Below, piece after piece: positions 1-12,880 of a DNA stretch of 64,000 bases; position 1 is the first letter of the stretch, and each line of letters starts with the position of its first letter. A program made the translations under genes and the position numbers. The notes under the pieces were generated by a model that worked only from the letters and a program-made list of their open reading frames with translations, had not been told where the DNA came from and ran no database searches. Source of the stretch: Cetorhinus maximus (lineage: Eukaryota); the NCBI RefSeq assembly GCF_964194155.1, contig NC_135909.1, positions 11,594,001-11,658,000 on the forward strand. Reading direction: 5' to 3'.

Positions 1-309
1 CAAACAAGAAATTGAGTGACCTGTGAGTTCAAACACAGAGAGAGTGAAATGCAGAGTGAAGACTTGAAAACATGGATTTGTTGAGAGTGGGGATTAGGTG
101 CATCCTATGCTCTGTAAAAATTCCAAAGCAGGCTGATGATAAATGCCAGATTCATAAAACATTAGAGAAACAAGTACAATAAATGAAGTACAGCACAGAA
201 CTGATAAAAAGAAAATTAGATCAGCAGAGAGTGAGTGCATGAGGAAGGATTGGAAGGTAACACAAGAGAAAACAACGCAGACCTTTAACAAAAAACGGAG
301 AGTCACTGA

Positions 310-1275
310 AAGGGTCGGCTGGTTAGGAGATCCTGTGGACACATAGGGCTGAGGTACTAAATGAGAACATTACATCTGTCAGCACAAAACAAGAGGATTC
401 TGCTAATGTCACAGTAACGGAGGAGCTGGTGGAGAAACTGGATAGGATGAAAATAGATAAAGAGGCAATTAAAAGGTTGGCAGCACTCACAGCAGAAAAG
501 TCACCCGATCCAGATGCCATACATCCTGGATTACTGAGGGAAAAGTGGAAATAGTGGAGACTTAAGCCACAATCTTTTCATCTTTCCTTGGATATGGGAG
601 TGAAGCCGGAGAACTGAAGGTTGTTAATGTTACATCTGTGTTTAAAACAGAGAGAAATAAACCCAGAAAACACCAGTTAGTCTAATGCTGGTGATGGGGA
701 AATGTTTAGAGACAATAATCCAGTATAAAATTCATTGTCACTTCGTAGAACATGGGTTGATAAATGTCAAGCAGTACAGATTGGTGAACAGAAAATCATG
801 ACTGAAATACTTAATGGTGTTTGATGAAGTTTCAGAGAACATTGACCAGGGGAGTGAGTTTGATGATGTGAGCCTGGACTTCCAAAGTGGGATTAAATGG
901 GCAGTGGCAGCATGGATATAAAATTGAATAAGGGGCAGAAAGGATAATGTAGAGGTGAGCGGTTGTTTTCAGAGTGGAGGGATTTAGGCAGAACCAATGC
1001 TCTCTCACGTCAGGCGGCTGTTCTATTCCCATTCCCAGAGCTCTTTTAAATTTGAATAAATTCCAGCCTATATCCAAGTTTGCTGATGACGCTAGGTTCG
1101 GTGACATGGTTAGTAGTGTAGGTGGGAGCAGCAAGTTTCAAAGGATCATTGACAGATTCAGTGTGAACAAAACTGTGGCTGATGCTGTTCAATATGGGGA
1201 AGTGTGAGGTCACCCATCTTGGAGTAAAGAAAGATCAAAGAATTTCCTAAACAGTCAGAAACTTGGGACTGTGGA
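310..1275 (+). mobile_element. Decayed CR1-type LINE ORF2 fragment
   Basis: Remnants of KSPGPDxIHP, the NVTxxFK region and ISKFADD, with many stops. Confidence 0.75.
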
Positions 1276-1996
1276 GGAGCTGAGGGTGAGTGAGAGTGAG
1301 AGCTGAGTGAGACTGGAGGGTGGATAAAGAGCAGCGGCAGAGCAGCCCGAGAGCAGCAGTGAGAGAGAAGGAGAGAAGAGTGAGAGCGGTGGGGGGGGAT
1401 AAAGAGCTGTGAGGGAGGGGTTGGAGCAAACCGGCCATGTTTATAATAAATAGTCAAAGCATGATATCAGGGGAAAGAAGGGAGCTGGTTGGTTTCTGCA
1501 GATTTCTCTAAATTAGGCTTTGATTTAAACTAGGAGCTGGAAAATTAAACATTTCAATCAGGGTAAGTGTGACAGTCAGTGTAAGTGTAATAAGAGTATT
1601 AGTGCAGAGCAGGTCTAGAGATATTAAATACATTTTAGAGTTTAAACAAGGTACCCATTCGATTCTATAAGAAGGAATAGAGGTTTGTTTTCGATCACGG
1701 ATGGGCAGCTGAGACCTGTTGCTTGCAGTTCCTGACCCATTTGGGAACCTCAGGCCTTGGGGGCCACATGTGTAGGAAGTCCCTGCAGCTGCTCGAGTTC
1801 GAGCTCAGGATTTCCGAAGTTGAGGGGCAGCTGGAGTCACTGAGGAGCATCGGGGAGGATGAGAGTTTCCTGGATCGTACGCTCCAGGTGGTAAACACCC
1901 CAAAGGGAGTGTGTTCAGGGTAGTAGATGGGCGGCCATCGCAAGAGTAGGAAGAGGCAGGAAATGCAGGAGACTTTGGGGTCTGTGCCACTCATTG
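1275..1996 (+). mobile_element. CR1-type LINE 5' end and ORF1 N-terminus (continues at ~6412)
   Basis: GA-rich 5' UTR, then HMCRKSLQLLEFELRISEVEGQLESLRSI (Zn-finger/coiled-coil part of CR1 ORF1). Confidence 0.75.
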
Positions 1997-2603
1997 ACTC
2001 AGAGACGTTTACAGCACAGAAGGACGCCAGTCGGCCTATCGTGTAAGCGCGGGTAAACAAAGATCCGACGACACTAATTTCATTTTCCAGCACTTGGCCC
2101 ATATCCCTAGAGGCTACGACAACGCAAATGAATATCTAAATACTTCTTAAATTTATGAGAGTTTCTGACTCAACCACCTTTCAGGCAGTGAGTTCCAGAC
2201 TCCCATCACCCTCTGGGTGAAAAATATTCTCAACTCCCCTCTTAGCCTTCTACCTCTTACCTTAAATCTATGCCACCTGGTTATTGACCCCTCTACTAAT
2301 GGAAAAAGGGCCTTCCTACCGACCCTATCTATGCCCCTCATAATCTTATTTACCTCTATCAGGTCCCCTCTCAGCTTTTGCTGCTCGAAGGAAAACAACC
2401 TCAGCCGATCCAATCTTTCCTCATAGATCAGACCCTCCAGCCCAGGCAGCATCCTGGTAAATCTCCTCTGACCCTCTCCAGTGCAATGACATCCTTCCTA
2501 TAATGTGGTGACCAGAACTGCATGCAGTTGAGGCCGAAACAGTGTTTTATACAGTTCCAGCATAACCTCTTGTATTCTATGCCTCAGCTAATAATGGCAT
2601 GTA

Positions 2604-2829
2604 GGCAGTGGCGCAGTGGTAATGCTTTAGGGACCCGGGTTCGAATCCCATCATGGCAAGTCTAATGATGACCTTGAAACCATTGTCGATCGTCGTAAAA
2701 ACCCATCTGGTTCACTAATGCCCTTTAGGGAAGGAAACCTGCCATCCTTACCTGGTCCAGACCCACAGCAATGTGGGTGACTCTGAAATGCCCTGTAAAC
2801 AAGAGCAATTAGGAATGGGTAATAAATAC
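2604..2829 (+). mobile_element. tRNA-derived SINE inserted in the LINE
   Basis: A box TGGCGCAGTGG, B box GGTTCGAATCC; tail GCAATTAGGAATGGGTAATAAAT is shared with the LINE 3' end at ~54030-54090. Confidence 0.8.
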
Positions 2830-5800
2830 CCTGCACTGTGACCTTCAGGGATCTGTGGATTTGCACACTAAGGTTCCTCTCATCTTCAGTACTTTCCAAG
2901 GTCCAACAGTTCAGTGTCATCCCTTGCCTTGTTAGCCCTCCCCAAGTGCATTACCTCACACTTTTTCAGGTTGAATTCCATTTGGCACTGCTCTGTCCAC
3001 CCGACCAGTCCATTGATATCCTCCTGCAGATTATGGCTATCCTCCTCACTATTTACCACTAGGCCAATTTTCGTGTCATCAGCTAACTTCTTGATTGTAC
3101 CCACTACATTTAAGTTCAAATCATTTAAGTACACCACAAACAGAAAGGGCCCCAGCACTGAGCCCTGCGGAACCCCACTGGAAACAAACTTCCAGTCACA
3201 GAAACATCCCTCTACCATCACCCTCTGCTGCCTGCCTCTCAGCCAATTTTGGATCCAATGTGCCACTCTGCCATGGATCCCATGGGCACTTATCCTCTTG
3301 GCCATTCTGCCACGAGGGACCTTAAAAAAAAGCCTAGCTAAAGTCCATGTAGACCACATCAAATGCATAATCCTCATCAACACTCCTGGTTACCTCCTCA
3401 AAAAATTCAATCAAACACGACCTTCCCTTAACAAATCCATGCTGACTATCCCTGATTAATCCGAGTCTCTCTAAGTGCAGATATATTCTGTCCCTCAGAG
3501 TTCTTTCTCAGGACTTCCCCACCACCGAGGTTAGACTGACAGGCCTGTAATTTCCTGATCTATCCCTTCCTCCCTTTTTAAATAATGGGACAACGTTACC
3601 AATCCCCCAGTCCTCTGGCACCTCCCCTGTGGCCAGGGCAGATTTGAAAATAACTGACAAGGCCCCTGACATCGCTTCCCTCACCTCCTTCCACAGCCTG
3701 GTATACATTTCATGTGGGCATGCTGAGTATCCATTTTTAAGGCCATTAAACTCTCGAGTACCTCCTCTCTCTCTGTGCGCTAATTTCCTCCAATATTTCA
3801 CAGTCCTTCACCCTGATGTCTTTATCTGCGTTGTCCTTTTCCATTGTGAAGATCGATGCAAAGTACTCTTTGAGGACTGTACCCACGTCTTCTGGGTCCA
3901 CACACAGGTCACCTCTATGGTCCCTAATTGGGCCTATTCTTTCCCTACTTATTCTCTTACTGTTTATGTTTTTAAAAAAACCCTTTGGGTTTTCCTTCAT
4001 TCTACCCACCAATTTTTCTCATGCACTTTCTTAGCTTTCCTAATTTCCTTATTAAGTTCCCCATGAACTTTTTATACTCCTCTAGGACTCAGCCGTATTG
4101 AGCCCTCGGTATCTGTCATAACCTTCTCTTTTTCCCTTAATCCTAACAGTTATGTCCCTTAACATCCAGGGTCCTCTGGACTTGGTCCCCCTCTTTGTCT
4201 TTACAGGAACATACTTGCCCTGTACTCTCGCTATTTCCTCCTTGAATGCCTCCCACTGCTCTGACACAGTTTTATCTGCAAGTAGCTGCTCCCAGTCCAC
4301 TTGGGCCAAATCGTATCTCATCTTCGCAAAATTAGCCCTTCCCCAGTTTACAACTTTTATTCTCGGCCCAACCTTATCCTTTTCCATAACTATCCTGAAT
4401 CTAACTGAGTTATGGTCACTATCTCCAAAATGTTCCCCTACTGATGTGCCTTCCACCAGCCCTGGCGCATTCCAACTATTAGGTCCAGAACTGCCTGCTC
4501 CCTTGTTGGGCTTTCTATGCAATGGCTAAAAATGCTCTCCTGGATGCAACATAAGAATTTTGCTCCCTCCCTACCTTGCATATTGAAAATATCCCAGTTA
4601 TATTTGGGTAGTTAAAATCCCCGACTATTGCTGCCTTATTATTCTTACACATCTCTGAAATTTGATTACATATTTAATCCTCTAACTCTCCCTATCTCAC
4701 CCAACAGCTTGTTTGCCCTTTCTGTGTTTTTTACTTCTACCCATATGGCTTCATTTGATCCCTCCTCACTGCTATAATTGATTCCTTGATCAATATTGCT
4801 ACCCCCTTCCTCTTCTATTCACCCGCACCCCGCTATCATGTCTGATTACCCTATAACCAGGAATGTTGAGCTGCCAATCCTGCACATCTTTTAGCTCAGT
4901 CTCGGTCATAGCTATATCATACTCTCACATGCCAATTTGTGCCCTCAGCTCGTCTGTCTTATTCCTCAGGTTCCATGCATGAAAACGCATTCCACTTAGC
5001 CTTGCTAAACTCACATCTTTCTTAACCAGCCTATGTTTCCTCTGCCTTCCAGACTCATTTACTAGTGTTTTAACTTCTAATTCCATTTCAGCTTCTCTCC
5101 CCTCTGAACCACTTTTCAGGATCCCACCCCCTGACAATTTAGTTTAATCCACCCCAACAGCATTAGCAAACCTCCCCGTGAGGATGCTGCTCCTGCTCCT
5201 GTTCAGATGGAACCTGTCCAACTTGTACAGGTCCCAACTACCCCAGAAACAGTCCCAATGCCCCAGGAATCTAAAGCCCTCCCACCTGCACCATCTCTCC
5301 AGCCACACATTCATCTGCTCTATCCTTCTGCTCCTATACTCACTCCTGTGTGGCACTGGGAGTAATCTGCAGATTACCACCTTTGAAGTCTTGCTTTTCA
5401 ATTTCCTACCTAATTCCCTAAAGTCTGCTTGAAGGCCCTCATTTCTCTTTCTTCCTATGTTATTGGTCCCAACATGGACCACGACCTCTGGCTGTTAACC
5501 CTCCCCCTTCAGAATGCCCTGCAGCTGTTCCGTGACATCCTTAACCCTGTTACCTGGGATGCAACATACCAACCAGGAGTTACGCCTATTGCCACAGAAG
5601 CGCCTGTTTACTCCCCTCACTAATGACTCCCTTCCCACTATTGCCTCTGTCCTCCCCCACTGAGCAGCTGGATCACCCACAGTTCCATGGCCTTGGCCCT
5701 GGTTGGCCTCCTCAGAGGAACCGTCACTCTCACCGTTTTCCATGACCGAAAAACAGTTTGCAAGTGTGGTGCACTCGGGGATTCCCTCACTACCTGCCTG

Positions 5801-6139
5801 GTCCCCTTCTTCCGTCTGGTGGTCACCCATTCCCTCTCTGCCTGCACCTCCTTCAGCTGCAGGGTGACCACGTCCTGAAACGTGCTTTTCACGAGCCTCT
5901 GAGCCTCATGGATGCACCGTAATGCCCCCATCTGCCGCTCAAGCTGCAAAACCAGGAGCTCGAGTTCCTCCAGTCGGAGGCACCTCCTGCACACATGGTC
6001 ATCCAGACCGCCGGGAGAGTCTAGGATTTCCCACATAGCACAGGATGTGCAAATCACAGCACTGAGCTCCCCAGGCATAACTTAACTAAATAGAATATGG
6101 ACTCTTGCTTTTATTTTACCCTTAATCCCACTTGAGTCT

Positions 6140-6400
6140 TGCTGCTTTCACCCTCTCTCTCCCGAAGTCTTGCTTGTTTAACCTCTCCCTCCGGAAGGGT
6201 CTGTGTTTTAACCTCTCTGTCCCAAAGTTTGCCATTTTAACCTCTCTGTCCCGAATCCTCACTGTTTTAACCTCTGTCCCGAATCCTCACTGTTTTAACC
6301 TCTGTCCCGAATCCTCACTGTTTTAACCTCTCCCTCCCAAAGTCTGTCTGTGTTAAGCTCTTTCTCCCGAAGTCTCGCTGTTTTAACCTCACTCTCCCGT
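6140..6400. repeat. ~27-30-bp tandem repeat in the LINE 5' UTR
   Basis: About 9 copies of TTTAACCTCT(CT)GTCCCGAATCCTCACTG-like units. Confidence 0.85.
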
Positions 6401-6411
6401 AGTCACTGTTC

Positions 6412-7850
6412 TCACTGTCAAACCTGTATTCAGCATTGGAGACTGCTGGGAATGGTGACACCCTGAAGGAGTGCAGTCCAGACCATGGCATCAATGGGCA
6501 AGAAACTGCACAGGAGGGAACAGCAAAGAGTAGAAATGCAGTCATTATTGGAGATTTCATAGTCAGGGGGACAGACAGACATTTCTGTAACCATCATTGT
6601 GAGTCCCGCATGATGTGTTCGCTCCTTGGTGCCAGAGTAAAGGACATCACGGGGAGGGTGCAGATTATTCTGCAGGGGGAAGGGAGTGAGCCAGATGTTG
6701 TTGTACACGTCAGTGTCAATAATACAGGGGGGTCAGGTATTGAGGTCCCTCAGTCAGAATTTCAGCAGCTGGGGAGGGAGTTAAAATGTAGCACTAGAAG
6801 GGGGTAATCTCAGGATTACTGCCAGTGCCACGTGATAACGAGAGTAGAAATAAATAGGCAGCATCAATACATGGCTTCAGGCCAGTGCAGGAGGTGGTGG
6901 GGGGAGCTTCAGATTCTTGGGACATTGGGACCAGATCTGGGACAGGAAACACCTATTCCAAAGGAACAGGTTGCACCATGACAAGGCTGGGACCAATGCC
7001 CTCATGAGGAGGGTCACTTGTGAGGTTGGGGAGGGTTTGAACTGAACTGGCAGGGGGTGGGCACCACTATAAAGAAGTAGAAAAGAGCAATAACTAGAGA
7101 AGGAAGTAGAACCATATAAGATAGGAGTAGATGAAGAAGGAATCTAAGAGGAATACAAGGACAGGTTTACAATGTATATGCGTGATCGCACAAAGTCTGG
7201 TGAATAAAGCTGGTGAGCTAGAAGCACAAAGAGCCATGTGGGAAAATGATGTGGGGGCAATGATGAAAACGTGGTTTAAAAATGGTGAGGATCAGGTTCA
7301 TATTCAAGGCTACAAAGTGCTCAGAAAAGAGAGAGAAGGAAAAAAATGGAGGTGTGGTGAGATAGAGAAGCAAATACGCAGGGAAATCACAGAGATGTAT
7401 AAGAACTATAGAGCGGTGATATCTGGGGATTTCTGAAATGTGTTTAGGAGAACTTCCTCGACCAGAATGTTCTCAGTCCAGTTAGGAAGGAGGCATTGCT
7501 GGATCTGGTGCTGGGGAATGAGGTGGGCCAAGGTTGGCCACGTGAACCAAGTGTCTGTGGGTGGACCCTTGGGTAAGAGTGATTGGAAGGGAGCGAACTT
7601 CAATGGGAGGAGAGGGGATTTAGCCAGGGTGAAATGGAACTAGAGACTGACAGGAAAAACTGTAACAGAACAATGGGTGATCTTTCAGGAGGAGATGTTT
7701 CAGGTACAGACTAGGTACTTTCCAATAGGGGGAAAGGGAGGGGAACCAAAGCCAGGGCTCCTTGGATAATGAGGAAGATAGAAAATATGATGAAATAATG
7801 AAGAGGCCGTATGATGCATGTCAGATGAATTCTTCAAGTGTGAACCAGGT
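6412..7850 (+). mobile_element. Continuation of the plus-strand CR1 (ORF1 esterase, deleted ORF2 start)
   Basis: ORF 6436-6807 IIGDFIVRGTDRHFC…LLGARVKD…PDVVVHV; endonuclease remnants at 7131-7643. Confidence 0.8.
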
Positions 7851-7854
7851 CACT

Positions 7855-8590
7855 GCTATTGAATGAGAGTGTGGAATTAACTCTCTCTCTGACCATCTCT
7901 GTTACTGTATGTGAATGTGGAATTAATTAATCCCCAATATCAGTCAATCTGCACAATTAACTCTCTATCTGTCAGTCTCTGTTGCTATGTTTCAGGGCAG
8001 AATTATGATAACTTTCTACCTATCATTAAACATTAGTCTGTAAGAGTGTGGAATTAATTCAGTATCTGTCAGCCTCTATTGCTGTATGCCAATGTGGAAG
8101 TAACTCTCCCTCATCTCCATTACTGTGTGTGAGTGCACAATTAACTCTCATCTGTCAGTATTTGTTCCTGAGTTTCAGTGTGGAATTACCTCTCTGTCCA
8201 TCTTCGTTAGTGTGAGAGGGCAGAATTAATTCTGTATCTGGTATTCTACATTACTGTATGTAAGTGGGGCATTAATTCTCTGTTCATCTCTGTTATTGCA
8301 TGTGAGAGTGGAATTAACTGTCAGCAGTTAACTGTATTAACAGAATTAACTGTATGTGAGTGCAGCATTTCTTTCATTCGTTGAGAGTAATTGAATATAG
8401 AATTAACTCTCTCTTTGACAGTCTCTGTTACTTTATGTGAGTGTGAATTAATTCTCTATCCTTTAGTCTCCAATACTTTTAATGTGGCATTAACACACTG
8501 TGAATCTCTGTTACTGGCTGAGTGTGGAATTTGCTCTCTGTCAATCTATAATAATGTGAGTGTCATTAACTCTCCGTCCGTCAATCTCTG
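7855..8590 (+). repeat. Degenerate ~42-46-bp minisatellite array
   Basis: Consensus GAGTGTGGAATTAACTCTCTATCTGTCAGTCTCTGTTACTGTATGT. Confidence 0.85.
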
Positions 8591-8599
8591 TTATCCTAT

Positions 8600-10015
8600 G
8601 GAAGTGGGTACACTTTCAAGTTAGCAAACTGTAACCAGTAGAGTGTCACAGGAATCAGTGCTGGGTTCTCAGCTATTTACAATTTATATTAATCACTCAG
8701 ATGAATGGAGAGAGCATCACCACATTTTCAGACAATACAGAGATTGGTGGGAAAGCAGGTTGTGAGGGGTACAGAAAGTGTCTGCAAGAGGATATAGAAA
8801 GGTTAAATCAGTGGGCAAACATTTGGCAGATGGAATACAATGTGGGAAAATTTGATGGGAAGAATAGAAAAACAAAACATTATTCAAATGATATATATAT
8901 TAATGGCCTAGACTGTGGTGTGCAGGGAGATAAGAAATCTCAAAATTTGCAGATGATCGGAAGATTGGAAACATTGTAAACTGTGAATGGGATAGTCTTG
9001 AACTTCAAAAGGACATAGACATGTTGCTGGATTGGGCAGGCAAGTGGCAGCTGAAGTTCAATGCAGAGAAGTGTCAGGTGATTAATTTCAGTAGGAAAAA
9101 TATAGTGAGTCTGTATCAAATAAAGGCAGAGCCTCTAAAGGAGGTGCAGGAACAGAGGGACCGAATTGTATATGTACATAGGTCATTGAAGATGGTGGAG
9201 CATGTTGAGGGAGCAGGTAATAAAGCATATAGAATGTTAGGCTTTATTAACAGGGGCACTGAGTACAAGATTCCATCACTGTGAAGAATAAGGAGGTCAT
9301 GTTGAACTTGTATAGGTCGCTTTTTAGGCTTCATTTGGAGTACTGGGTCCAGTTCTGGGTGGCATACTTAAAGAAGGATGTGAAGGCATTGGAGAGACTA
9401 CAGAGGAGATTCACGAGAATGATTCCAAGATAAAGAACTGTAGCTACGAGGATAGATTGGAGAGGTCGGGACTGTTTTCCCTGGAGAAAAGAAGGCTGAA
9501 AGGAGACTTAATAGATGTATTCAAGATCTTGAGGGGTATGGACAGAGTAAATAATGAGAAATTGTTCTCACTCAATAAAACATTAAGAACCAGAAGGCAC
9601 AGACTCAAAATAATTGGCAAAAGGAGTAAATGTGATGTGAGATAGACTCATGACGTTTAACTTAAAATGTAAACTTTTTTCACCTAGAGGGTGGCTGGAG
9701 TCTGGAACAAACTTCCTCAAAGGGTGGTGGAGGCAGGTTTATTTGAGATATTCAAAAGGGAATTGGACTGCTACCTGAAAGGAAAGAATGTGCAAGGTTA
9801 CGGGGACAAGGGAGGAGAATGGGATGAGGCAGAATGCTCTTTCAGAGAGCCAGTGCAGACTCGATAGGCTGAATGGCCTCCTTCGATACTGTGGAGAGAG
9901 ACTGCAGAATGTTGCAGTACAGAGGGATCAAGATCTCCTTGTACATGAATCACAAGAAGTTAATGTGCAGCTGCAGCGAGTAATTAGGAAGGGAAATGGA
10001 ATGTTGGCCTTTATT

Positions 10016-10046
<31 letters not shown>

Positions 10047-10660
10047 GGGGGGTGGAGTATCAAAGTGGGGAAGTCTTGCTACAGCTACACAGCATTGGTG
10101 AGACTACACCGAGAGTACTGTGTTATGTCGTAGTCTCTTTATTTAAAGGGGGATATAATTGCATAGGGGGCAGAGAAGTTTGACTAAACTGATTCCAGAG
10201 ATGAAGGAATTGTCTTATGAGGAATGTTTAAGCAGGTTGGGCTGAACCACATAGGAGTTTCGAAGAATGAGAGGTGATCTCATTCAAACAAATAAGATTC
10301 TGAGGGGGTTTGACAGGGTAGATGTTGAGAGGAGTGTTTCCATTTGTGGAGAAACTAGAACCAGGGGCCACAGTTTAAAAATAAACATCTCCCTTTTAAG
10401 ACAAAGATGAGAAGGAATTTCTTCTCTCAGAACGTCCTTAATCTTTGTAATTCTCCACCTCAGAGAGCAGTGGAGGCTGGGTCATTACATATATTCATGC
10501 CGAGTTAGACAGAATTTTTCATCTACAGGAGAGTCAAGGGTTATAGGGCAGGTGGGAAAATGGGTTTGAGGCCACAATCAGATCAGCTATGGTCTTCTGG
10601 AATGGTAAAGCTGGCCTGATGGGCTGAATGGCCTCCTGTTTCTCTTTCTTATATTTTTAA
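8600..10660 (+). mobile_element. Nested or tandem CR1 3' fragments
   Basis: GVSQESVLG, KWQLKFNAEKC and LFSLEKRRLKGDL motifs; two CR1 3' tails (GGCTGAATGGCCTCC). Confidence 0.85.
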
Positions 10661-12880
10661 TTTGTCAGTGTGGAATTAACCCTCTGTCTGTCAGTCTCTT
10701 TGGCTGTATTTCAGTGTGGAATTAATTCAGTCTGATCTGCGTGTGAGTGTGGAATTGATTCTCTGTCCATCACTCACTGAATGTGAATGTGTAATTTAAA
10801 TCTCTGTCAGTCTCTTTTACGGTTATGAGAGTGGAACTAACTCTCGAACTGCCTATGAAACTGTATATGAGTGTGGAATTCAATCTTTGTCAGTCTATAG
10901 CTGTCTGAGAATATGGAATTAACACGTCAGTCTCTGTTACTGTATGTGAATGTGGAATTACCTCTCTATCGGTCAGTCTCAGTTACTGTGAGTGTGGAAT
11001 TCTCTTTTCCAGTCTTTGTTATGACATCTGGGAGTCCAGTTAAGAACCTGCCAATTTCCATTAATATTTCAGTGAGGGATTAACTTACAACAACAGAGAC
11101 TGAGAGAAATTAGTCATATTAGTCTGTCTGTGTTAAAGTGTATGATTGAGGAATAAACAAACAATCTGTTAGCCTCTGTTACTGAGTGTGTGGAATTAAC
11201 TCTCTATCAGTCAGTCTCTGTTATTGTGAGTGTGAATTCACAGAATCGTTACGCTATAGAAGAGGCCATTTGACCCATCGTGCCTGCACCGGCTCTCTGA
11301 GCATTTTAACTTAGTGCCAATCTCCTGCCTTTGCGCCATAACCCTGCCCATTGTTTCTATTCAAATAATCATTCAATGCCCTCTTGAATGACTCAGTTGA
11401 ACCTGCCTCCACCACAATTCCAGGCAGTGCATTCCAAAACCTAATGGCTCGCTGCTTCTTTTGTAAAACACTTTAAAACCATGCCCTCTGGTTCTCGATC
11501 CGTTTACAAGCGAGAACAGTATCTCTATATCTACTCTGTCCACAAACCTCATGACTTTGAAAGCTTTTATCAAGTCTCCTCTTAGCCTTCTCCTCTCCAA
11601 GGAATGCAGTCCAAACTTCTCCAATCTTTCCTCATAACTGACGTGTCTCATCCCTGGAACCATTCTCATAAACCTCTTCTGCACTCTCTCCAATGCATTC
11701 AGATCCTTCCTATATTGTTAACCTTAACTTTCAATCTCTGTCATGTGTGCAAGTGCGGATTTAGCTTTTTACACAATCATGTCAGTTACTGTACATGAGT
11801 GTGAAATTCACTCTTTGGATGATAATCTGTTATTGTAGGTGAATATAGAATTAACTCTGTCAGTTTCTGTCACTGTATCAGAATGTGGAATTGATTCTGT
11901 ATCTGTCAGTCTCGGTTACTGTATCAGGCCATAGAAATAACTCCTTTTCAGACTCTGCTACTTCAAAAAAGTAAATTCCACACTCATCATCTGTCAATCT
12001 ATGTTACTGTATATAAGTACGATATTAACTCTGAGTCTCTGTCATGTGAGTGAAGAATTGAATCTCTATCATTTTGTCTCTGGTACTGTCTGTGGGTGTG
12101 GAATTCGTACCTTACATGTCAACCTCTGTTGCTGTACGTGAATGCGGAATTAATTCTGTACCTGTCAGCCTCAATTATGCTGTGAGTGTGGTATTCACTC
12201 TCTGCCAGTCTCAGTTACTGTGAGTGAGTGTGAAATTAATTTCTAACAGTCTTGGGTGCTGTGTGTGATTGTGGAATTGCCTTCCTGTCAATGTCTGTTA
12301 CCGGATCTGAGTGTGAAATTAACTCTCTGTTAGAGTCTATCACTGTAAGTGAGTTTGATATGCATTACTGTATGTATGTGGAATTAATTTTCTGTCATTC
12401 TTTGTTGTTACGAGTGTGGCAAAGCAGACAGGGAGACTTCTATTCCCATTGATGGAAATGTAGAGGACCAATGGACGCAGATTTAAGCTAATTGGCAAAA
12501 TAAGCAATGGCAGCATGAGGAAAAATCTTGTCATGCAGTATGTGGATCAGAGAAGTGCCTGAGAAAGTAGTAGAGGCCGGTTCAATCAAGGAATTCAACA
12601 GAGAATTGGATTATTATCCAAAAAGGAAAAATGTGCAGGGCTATGTAGAAAAGGCAGTGAAGTGGCATGAGGTGATTTGCTCCTTCAGAAGGCCAGCATA
12701 GACATAATGGGCAGAATGGCCTCCTTCTGTGCTGTAATCATTCTATGATAAGATGAATTAACTCTCCGTCAATATCTCTTACAATATGAGTGTGGGTGGA
12801 ATTAACACTGTCGGTGACTCTCTGCTATTACATGTGAATGTGAAATCAACTCCCTGTCCGTCTCTGTTACTGTACAGGAA
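10660..12880 (+). repeat. Same minisatellite, interrupted by CR1 3' fragments (11240-11710 minus; 12420-12750 plus)
   Basis: Recurrent TGTGGAATTAAC…TGTCAGTCTCTGTTACTG. ORF 11373-11693 is a CR1 C-terminus. Confidence 0.85.

Larger units (their letters stand above)
1997..6411 (-). mobile_element. Near full-length, frameshifted CR1-type LINE
   Basis: Domains in order on the minus strand: ORF1 CxxC finger (5638-6078), SGNH esterase HVGTNNIG (5144-5482), endonuclease GDSDH (4082-4522), VVPLFKKG/NYRPVSLTS (3508-3801), RT GVPQGSVLGP/LADD (2886-3383), C-terminus (2153-2452). Confidence 0.92.

Noticed and set aside
2604-2660. tRNA gene
   Set aside because: A and B boxes only, no cloverleaf; it is the head of a SINE.
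1997-6411. Active autonomous LINE
   Set aside because: Both ORFs are broken by many frameshifts, stops, deletions and a SINE insertion.
10024-10052. 29-nt poly-G tract and poly-Gly ORF
   Set aside because: Homopolymer expansion inside a dead CR1; its length may be a sequencing artefact.
7855-12880. CRISPR-like regular repeats
   Set aside because: Units are degenerate tandem copies with no unique spacers and no cas genes, in a eukaryotic context.
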